IMG/VR virus record: IMGVR_UViG_3300043774_000656
Location: 59,305-123,304 of that record
Length of the DNA: 64,000 bases
DNA from: a virus
Strand: one strand, 5' to 3'
Shown here: in pieces, positions 57,495 to 64,000 of the stretch
Numbering within the stretch: position 1 is the first letter of the stretch
Layout of the letters: each line of letters starts with the position of its first letter
The notes under the pieces: model-generated
What the model saw: the letters and a program-made list of their open reading frames with translations, nothing else
Told to the model about the DNA's origin: nothing
Databases searched by the model: none
Position numbers and translations under genes: made by a program

Positions 57495-57730
57495 TGTATA
57501 ACTTTTATCTAATAGCATATAAACCGGAGCTCAGTGAACCTGTATTTGAAAGGTTTATGCTGACAGAAGATGATGCTAAAATTGCTGGCTTTGAAAATTT
57601 TGCAGAATATTGTAATGCTGTGTTAAATCAGATTACAGAAGAATGTGAAAACGCACAGGCAAGATATATCCTCTTGAACCAAGAGGAATATATGAAACTA
57701 ATTATAAGAATGGGAGAAAAGGTATTATGA
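57494..57730 (+). CDS. hypothetical protein
   Basis: Coupled on both sides. Confidence 0.6.
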   Translation: MYNFYLIAYKPELSEPVFERFMLTEDDAKIAGFENFAEYCNAVLNQITEECENAQARYILLNQEEYMKLIIRMGEKVL

Positions 57731-58143
57731 GAATATACTTAGACGACTTAAGAACGCCAAAAGAAAATGACTGGACTGTTGTACGAAACTACGAAGAGTT
57801 CGTCAACAAAATTACAGAAATTGGCTTGGATAAAATAGAATTGATCTCTTTAGACCATGATCTTGGCGATTCAGCAATGGCTGAATGGTGTAATAATGTT
57901 TATCAAAACTATACCTTAAACTACGATAACATTACTGAGAAGACAGGTATGGACTGTACTAAATGGCTCGTTGAACAATGGTTAAATGGAGCACCGGTCT
58001 GTAAGGTGATGGTACATTCTGCGAATGCCGTAGGATCAGCAAACATGATGGGCTATATCAATAACTATAGACATATCCATCGTTTACCTCAAGATTGCGA
58101 AAGATGGGTTGTACCCCATACTATCGAAACTATAATTGAGTAA
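57727..58143 (+). CDS. cyclic-phosphate-processing receiver-domain protein
   Basis: IYLDDLR, ISLDHDLG, TGMD, VHSANAVG. Confidence 0.85.
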   Translation: MRIYLDDLRTPKENDWTVVRNYEEFVNKITEIGLDKIELISLDHDLGDSAMAEWCNNVYQNYTLNYDNITEKTGMDCTKWLVEQWLNGAPVCKVMVHSANAVGSANMMGYINNYRHIHRLPQDCERWVVPHTIETIIE

Positions 58144-58190
58144 ACTGCAAAGCCCTTTGAAACATGGGCTTTGCTTTTTATATTTACACT

Positions 58191-58853
58191 ATGAAAATCG
58201 AACTACAAAAGGGACAAAGGCTTTGGTTTACAAGTGACACCCACTATAATCACTCTAATATATGTAGGGCAACTACAAGATGGAAAGATTCTGATAATGT
58301 GACACGTGATTTTAGTTCATTAGAAAAAATGAATGACGAATTAGTGTTCTGGATAAATGAAAGAGTAGCCCAAGATGATATCTTAATACACCTAGGTGAT
58401 TGGTCGTTTGGCGGTTTTGATAGCATCAAACAGTTCAGAGATCGTATTATTTGTAAAAATGTACACTTGGTACTCGGTAATCACGATCATCATATCCAGA
58501 GAAACAAAGATAATGTACAATCACTTTTCAGCTCAGTACATGACTATTTACATCTAGATGTCTGCTGGTGGGTTAAAGAATGGAAGGTAGCTAAAAAAGA
58601 GCGCCAGCATTTTATTTGTATGCACTATCCTATTGCCAGTTGGAATGGAATGAATGACGGAGTGATTCACTTACATGGTCACGTTCACTTACCCAACCAT
58701 TTAAGAGTATCAGACGGTAAAGCAATGGATGTCGGTGTTGATGGAAACGAAATGGAACCTATCAGCTTAGAAAATATATTAACGATCATGAGGAATCAGC
58801 CAGTTGCTAAACTGGCTTTGCCAAAAGATCATCACGAAAAACGATTAGTATGA
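58191..58853 (+). CDS. calcineurin-like metallophosphoesterase
   Basis: SDTHYNH, HLGDW, GNHD, HYP, HGHVH, DVGVD; start ATG 58191. Confidence 0.92.
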   Translation: MKIELQKGQRLWFTSDTHYNHSNICRATTRWKDSDNVTRDFSSLEKMNDELVFWINERVAQDDILIHLGDWSFGGFDSIKQFRDRIICKNVHLVLGNHDHHIQRNKDNVQSLFSSVHDYLHLDVCWWVKEWKVAKKERQHFICMHYPIASWNGMNDGVIHLHGHVHLPNHLRVSDGKAMDVGVDGNEMEPISLENILTIMRNQPVAKLALPKDHHEKRLV

Positions 58854-59239
58854 ACACACTAGTATTACTTAGAGGTTTACCCGGAAGTGGCAAATCAACC
58901 ACGGCAAAGTTATTTGATAAAGCTCCTCATTTTGAGGCTGACATGTATTTCATGGATGCCGATGGAAACTATCAGTTTGATGTATCTAAAATCAAAGATG
59001 CCCATAACTGGTGCCGACATTCTACAATGGATGCCATGAAAAGGGGATATCCTATTGTTGTCGTTTCAAATACGTTCACTCAAGAATGGGAAATGGAGGC
59101 ATATTATCTGTTAGCTGAAGAACTCGGATATCGTGTAGTTTCAATGATTGTTGAAAATCGGCATAATGGTAAAAACATACATGGTGTACCAGCTGATAAG
59201 TTAGAGATAATGAAAAACAGATTTGAAATAAAACTATGA
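58850..59239 (+). CDS. P-loop polynucleotide-kinase-like (AAA_33) protein
   Basis: LRGLPGSGKST, EADMYF, VVSNTF, NIHGVP. Confidence 0.88.
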   Translation: MNTLVLLRGLPGSGKSTTAKLFDKAPHFEADMYFMDADGNYQFDVSKIKDAHNWCRHSTMDAMKRGYPIVVVSNTFTQEWEMEAYYLLAEELGYRVVSMIVENRHNGKNIHGVPADKLEIMKNRFEIKL

Positions 59240-59397
59240 CACTTTTCGAAGCATTAATGAGCAAAGGCTACTCATCAGATGAAGCCAGACAAGTTGTATT
59301 TGAAATGAAAGAGAGAGTTCTCCAGGGTGAAGATCCGGAAGAACTTTTATACGAAGAAGGGCTAGAACCCGATTATATAATGGACTTACTTATGTGA
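59236..59397 (+). CDS. small acidic protein (53 aa)
   Basis: GEDPEELLYEEGLEPDY; ATGA-coupled. Confidence 0.6.
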   Translation: MTLFEALMSKGYSSDEARQVVFEMKERVLQGEDPEELLYEEGLEPDYIMDLLM

Positions 59398-59399
59398 TT

Positions 59400-60512
59400 A
59401 TGAAATACGCACACTACGATAAACTTGAAAAATACATGGCAGATGGTCTGATTGAGGTGAATAAGCACCCTGATCTGCCTCTGTATATCTACAACTATTC
59501 TCGTAAAGTGCAGTATGAGAGACTATGGGACGAAGTAACTATAGGATGTAGAGGTCTTATCCTTGATGAGACAGGTGAAATAATTGCTAAAGGCTTCGAC
59601 AAGTTCTTTAACTTTGAAGAGGTTGGAGAATTAGACTGGGCTTCTACAGAATATGTTTGGGTTCAGGAGAAGATGGACGGTTCACTGGGTATTCTTTTCT
59701 ATTATGCAGACAAGTGGCATCTGGCAACCAGAGGTTCTTTTACTTCAGAGCAGGCAAAACGAGGAATGGAAATCCTGAAGAAAAGATATGACCTAAATAA
59801 GTTTGTCAAAGAGGCAGTCTTTGTTTGTGAAATCATTTATCCTGAGAATAGAATAGTTGTTGACTATGGCGGTGAAGAAAAGATCGTCTTCTTGTCAGCA
59901 TTCTCTAATGACACGGAACTTTCTGTAACTACAGCGCAGATGCTGTTCTTTGTTTCTGGAGTAAATGTTGAAGATATTGTACTTACAAACCAGGTATATG
60001 ACGGTTCAAATCAGTCAATGCTTCAATTTCTAAAAGATCAGAATGCTGAAAACAGAGAGGGTTATGTAGTCAGACTGTGGCCATCTAATACCAGGGTTAA
60101 AATCAAGTTCGAGGAATATGTACGTCTACATAGACTGTTTACTAATTTCTCAAATCTAGATATCTGGGAATATCTAAAAGAGGGCAAAGACATAAACGTT
60201 CTCTTAGAAAATGTTCCTGATGAATTTGATAAATGGGTTAAAGGCACAATATCAGATTTGAGATATCATAAGTATAAAATTGAAGAATACGCCGGAAAGG
60301 TCCATGAGTATTTTAGATATGGCAAATACGGTGATGTGGATCCAGAGCCTACAAAAAAGGAGTTCGCCCTACATCTTGAGAAATGTGACATGAATCCTCG
60401 TGTAAAAGCCCTATGCTTCATGATCTGGGACGGTAAGAATATTGAAAAAAAGGTCTGGGACATGGTCAGACCTAAGTACCAGAAACCATTCTGGAGTAAG
60501 GAAGATAAATAA
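59400..60512 (+). CDS. RNA ligase, T4 Rnl1 family
   Basis: CRGLI, KFFN, EKMDGSLG, ATRGSF, EIIYPENRIVV, EGYVV, RVKIK. Confidence 0.92.
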   Translation: MKYAHYDKLEKYMADGLIEVNKHPDLPLYIYNYSRKVQYERLWDEVTIGCRGLILDETGEIIAKGFDKFFNFEEVGELDWASTEYVWVQEKMDGSLGILFYYADKWHLATRGSFTSEQAKRGMEILKKRYDLNKFVKEAVFVCEIIYPENRIVVDYGGEEKIVFLSAFSNDTELSVTTAQMLFFVSGVNVEDIVLTNQVYDGSNQSMLQFLKDQNAENREGYVVRLWPSNTRVKIKFEEYVRLHRLFTNFSNLDIWEYLKEGKDINVLLENVPDEFDKWVKGTISDLRYHKYKIEEYAGKVHEYFRYGKYGDVDPEPTKKEFALHLEKCDMNPRVKALCFMIWDGKNIEKKVWDMVRPKYQKPFWSKEDK

Positions 60513-60529
60513 ACAAAATAGACGTTTTA

Positions 60530-61879
60530 ATGGAGAATATATTTAATCTTAAGAACTTTACAGAGTTTGTAAACGAGGCAGTAAGAACAAAAGATGCACC
60601 TAAAGCATTTGACCTGATTGCTTCATACATTTCTAGAAAAATGGGAGAGCAACTTTACCCATATCCAGAATTTGAAAGATATTCAAAAAGTGATGGCTCA
60701 TCCGGTTTCGGTAAGAGATATTACACTGACAGCGCAAAATCTGTAAGATTAAATGTTGAAGAAAGTGAAGGTTCTACTGACATCACTTCTATTGACTATT
60801 GGGATGGTAGTAGTTCTGAACCCGCATGGACTATTGATGGCCATGGTCAGAGTCTTGCTAAAGTTTTACCACAGGTTGCTGACAGACTTGTAAACCCAGA
60901 AGCTGAACTGGTTGCACCAGATGAGGTAAATGAGGCAAAGAAAGTTGATGGTAATATGATAAAAGATATCATCAAACTTAGCAGCCAAATGAATGCAAAA
61001 CAAATTGCTAGTCAAGTTGGTTTAAGCCCTAAATCAGTTCGTGAAATCCTGAAAGAGAATAATGTAGTTAGTGCACGCCCTGCTGCTAAAGAAAAGAGAG
61101 AAGAGTCGACAAGTGAAATCGACATGATCTTCAATAGTGAATCAGCTTTAAAAGATAAAGTTAAATTGCTTGATGAGATCATGGAAGATATTGCAGACGT
61201 TGTAAACGCCGTTGCTCTTGGAAATGTTAATGGTCTTATGATCTCAGGTAAAGCAGGTACTGGTAAAACACATACAGTTACTTCGGCTCTTGACAAAGCA
61301 AGTTGCCAATATGTAACAATAGCAGGTTCTACAAGTACTCCGGGTATTGTTGAAACTCTTTATGATAACAACAACGGCGTAATTGTATTCGATGACTGTG
61401 ACAGTGTATTCGATGAGCAAGAAAGTAGAAACATTCTTAAAGCAGCCCTTGACACTAAAAAGGTACGTACTATCTCCTATATGAAGAAGAACCCTAAGTT
61501 CTACGATCCTGAGAAGATTATGTCACCTGAGCAACTTGAAGAGGTTGAAACCGCAGGTCGTATTCCTAATCGTTTTGAATTTACAGGTCGTATCATCTTT
61601 ATTTCTAACCTTAAGAAAGAGAAACTCGATCCAGATGGTGCAATTCGTTCAAGAAGTTTGATTATTGACGTTTCACCAGATGACATGACTATCATGGAGA
61701 GAATGAAGCGCATGCTTAAATTCATGGAACCAATGGACATGTCAATGGAAGAAAAGGAAGAAGTCTTTGAATTTATTAAAGACAGTAAAAACGTTTCAAT
61801 GAGAACATTTGTGAAAGCTGCCTTATTCAAGCAAACCGGTTGTTCAAACTGGAAGAGAATTTTGACCCGTTACGTTTAA
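60530..61879 (+). CDS. AAA+ ATPase with N-terminal domain, HTH and capsid-targeting-like leader
   Basis: LKNFTEFVNE-A; AKQIASQVGLSPKSVREIL; GKAGTGKT; VFDDCD; IFISN; AIRSR. Confidence 0.85.
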   Translation: MENIFNLKNFTEFVNEAVRTKDAPKAFDLIASYISRKMGEQLYPYPEFERYSKSDGSSGFGKRYYTDSAKSVRLNVEESEGSTDITSIDYWDGSSSEPAWTIDGHGQSLAKVLPQVADRLVNPEAELVAPDEVNEAKKVDGNMIKDIIKLSSQMNAKQIASQVGLSPKSVREILKENNVVSARPAAKEKREESTSEIDMIFNSESALKDKVKLLDEIMEDIADVVNAVALGNVNGLMISGKAGTGKTHTVTSALDKASCQYVTIAGSTSTPGIVETLYDNNNGVIVFDDCDSVFDEQESRNILKAALDTKKVRTISYMKKNPKFYDPEKIMSPEQLEEVETAGRIPNRFEFTGRIIFISNLKKEKLDPDGAIRSRSLIIDVSPDDMTIMERMKRMLKFMEPMDMSMEEKEEVFEFIKDSKNVSMRTFVKAALFKQTGCSNWKRILTRYV

Positions 61880-62631
61880 GATAACTCAAATCTAATTTTA
61901 GATCCATCTGGCTTGCTGTAGACCAGATGGGTTGGGGTTACGGTGTATGCTTTATCTGCTAGACGCTCTACATACTTTGGACCTTCGCCCTTCTTTAAGT
62001 ATGCCACGGTCATATGTGGCTTATAATCAGGATATGATGTTGTATGTGGAAGTTGTCTTAAATTGAAATTACAACCATGTAGAGTTGGATTTTCAGCCTC
62101 CATCTTTAAGACGTCAAAATCATTTTGAAATAATCCGGCGCTGTGTAGTTTAATAGTACCTGCTAAGCCTCTGGCAGCTTCTTTAACCTGCTCATCTGTT
62201 ACCTGGCTACTGTGTATACCATAAAGTAGAGTAACGTGCGGTTCATCTTCAAGACCCTTTTCATTTGAGTCAAGATCTTTTGGGTCAACCAGGTCATGGA
62301 GATCTCCCATTTCTGGAAAATCAAAATATACCATTACACAACCATAATCATAGGTCACCTTGGCCTCATCCACACCCAGTTGCTTTTTAACTTCTGCTCT
62401 AACTTTTTCCATTTTCTGTGCGTATTCTGGGTCACTCTTTTTATTAAATGCTATCTGTTGATTAAGGCTTCCAGTAATTTTCTGCATATCACCGTCTCTG
62501 GTTTTAATTAACCATTTTGCCAAATCTTTAATTCCAAGATCTCTGAATCTGCCTTCGGCATCTGGTGCATCACTGTGGTGAAAATCTCCTATTTCGGAAA
62601 TAAATTGCTCAAAAAGTTTAAAGTACTTCAT
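61876..62631 (-). CDS. 2H phosphoesterase, Acb1/T4 gp57B-like, with N-terminal extension
   Basis: GCVM..PHVTLLYG and YKPHMTVAY (two HxT motifs); leader MKYFKLFEQFISE. Confidence 0.85.
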   Translation of the reverse strand: MKYFKLFEQFISEIGDFHHSDAPDAEGRFRDLGIKDLAKWLIKTRDGDMQKITGSLNQQIAFNKKSDPEYAQKMEKVRAEVKKQLGVDEAKVTYDYGCVMVYFDFPEMGDLHDLVDPKDLDSNEKGLEDEPHVTLLYGIHSSQVTDEQVKEAARGLAGTIKLHSAGLFQNDFDVLKMEAENPTLHGCNFNLRQLPHTTSYPDYKPHMTVAYLKKGEGPKYVERLADKAYTVTPTHLVYSKPDGSKIRFELS

Positions 62632-62714
62632 AATGTTTGCTTATATTATATGTATCTTTGTTCAAAATTACAGCTAAATTATGAAATTTAAGAATAGTTT
62701 ACAGTATAAACAAC

Positions 62715-62951
62715 ATGAAAGAAATCAATGTAAAAGACGAGTATCGTAAAAATGAGCTATCCACAATACCTGGAGGTTCAACAATCTCTGTACATTACCA
62801 TGATGGTACAATAAAGCATTATGACAAGGTTAAAGACCCTGTAAAATATGCGTCGAGGATTAAAAAGCAAAATGTTACAAAAATAACCTGCCAGCACCCA
62901 ATAGCAGAAGGCAGTACTACATATAAAATTATAAACCTGTACAATGTTTAA
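62715..62951 (+). CDS. hypothetical protein
   Basis: PGGSTI..YDKVKDPVKY. Confidence 0.65.
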   Translation: MKEINVKDEYRKNELSTIPGGSTISVHYHDGTIKHYDKVKDPVKYASRIKKQNVTKITCQHPIAEGSTTYKIINLYNV

Positions 62952-63144
62952 TCAGAAAAGTGAGATGAGCTTTGAAAAGAAAGTTCAAACAGCCGTGGAC
63001 GGATATGGTCAATTCATAGTGGATGAAGTTATGCATGCCGTTGAACTGACAGATGATGTAAAAGAGGCTTTCAATATGTTTAATGAATTTGATCAGCACA
63101 ACCATTGTGAAGTTCTAAAAATAATATACAATGAACGTTTTTAA
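62944..63144 (+). CDS. hypothetical protein
   Basis: 66-aa ORF. Confidence 0.55.
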   Translation: MFNQKSEMSFEKKVQTAVDGYGQFIVDEVMHAVELTDDVKEAFNMFNEFDQHNHCEVLKIIYNERF

Positions 63145-63553
63145 CAAATACACCAGGGCTAAGTTTTATTACAGGTTTATGAAGCTCTTTGAAAAAAAGG
63201 CTCCAAATAAAACCGATAAGACGCAAGATTATGTAATGAAAATTGCGTCTAGTATCGTTTCTGATCCTGAAACAGAGTTTATCGAGTCACACGTTGAGTG
63301 TATTATCTATATGCACTGGCAACATATCACTATTAAAATCTTTTATGAAGATTGTAGAGTAGTAATGATGAACGGTAAGTATTTTTACTATTTTACATTG
63401 AGCGGTAAAGATATAACTAAACTAAGAAACCGAATCTATCGTGTAATGGACGCTCGTGCTGAAAAATGGGAAGATAAATTTACCAGTGATACTATAAACA
63501 ACCTGCAAATAATTCTTGACGAAGTTCAGCATAAAGATAAATATACTAAATAG
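63131..63553 (+). CDS. hypothetical protein
   Basis: 140-aa ORF. Confidence 0.65.
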   Translation: MNVFNKYTRAKFYYRFMKLFEKKAPNKTDKTQDYVMKIASSIVSDPETEFIESHVECIIYMHWQHITIKIFYEDCRVVMMNGKYFYYFTLSGKDITKLRNRIYRVMDARAEKWEDKFTSDTINNLQIILDEVQHKDKYTK

Positions 63554-63563
63554 GACATGTTGA

Positions 63564-63983
63564 ATGCGCTTAGATGAACTCAAGGATGTTATCAATGACA
63601 TGATAAAAGAGCATGACATCAAAGTTGTCAGAAAGCGCTTCAAGTCACCAGCAGGCAGAGCCTGGGTTCAAAACAGAACAATCAAAATTCCAAGCATAGT
63701 CGATTTTCAATCAGCAGGTACTGCAATTCATGAAATTGCCCATATCATTCTAGGCCATGATGACGAAGTACCTGATTATATCTGTGAATATGATACAGAA
63801 AGATGGACGATCGAGTTCTTGAAGCTCTGTAATATGAATATAGACTATAAAGCAGAGTATGAAATCTATATAGAAGGCGCTAAGGCCAATGTCAGAATGC
63901 ATATAGAGCGCCAAATCAATCGTGATATCAAAAAGGGTCGTAAACCTAGAATAAGGAAGAAAATCATAAAATGGGCGGAGTAG
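63564..63983 (+). CDS. IrrE/ImmA-like HExxH metallopeptidase
   Basis: AIHEIAHIILGH..E. Confidence 0.75.
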   Translation: MRLDELKDVINDMIKEHDIKVVRKRFKSPAGRAWVQNRTIKIPSIVDFQSAGTAIHEIAHIILGHDDEVPDYICEYDTERWTIEFLKLCNMNIDYKAEYEIYIEGAKANVRMHIERQINRDIKKGRKPRIRKKIIKWAE

Positions 63984-64000
63984 GGAATATATAATCCAAA

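Noticed and set aside
1-64000. Stop-codon reassignment
   Set aside because: Known enzymes are full length in the standard code, and TAA, TAG and TGA all end genes

Overview
The window looks like a segment of a large lytic (jumbo-type) tailed phage genome that most likely infects a Bacteroidetes host. It is AT-rich, densely packed and read in the standard code. It lacks Shine-Dalgarno sites and has A-rich leaders, Bacteroidetes-type -33/-7 promoters and T9SS-type cargo proteins. Genes point leftward from about 34.1 kb and rightward from about 34.25 kb. Left arm: DNA/nucleotide metabolism (Fpg/Nei, ATP-dependent DNA ligase, RNase HII, UvrD-like helicase, PhoH, DnaJ, ThyA, GMP reductase/IMPDH-like) and a fibre/structural block with Gly-X-Y repeats. 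Centre: an early-type region of short genes, many behind their own copy of a conserved promoter, plus repeated non-coding modules. Right arm: three tRNA-scaffold RNAs with aberrant anticodon arms, two of which exactly bracket a ~220-nt structured RNA. It also has a cassette of signal-peptide Ig/PKD proteins (two with T9SS type-B C-terminal domains) with a beta-barrel, PspC, methylglyoxal synthase, an RNA healing/sealing cluster, an AAA ATPase and an Acb1-like 2H phosphoesterase. The best candidates for new biology are (1) the phage-encoded T9SS surface-protein cassette, (2) the tRNA-scaffold/ncRNA array, and (3) about 8 unrelated proteins sharing a T4-like capsid-targeting leader, including the Acb1-like enzyme. 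All family calls come from motifs read by eye; no database search or folding program was run.
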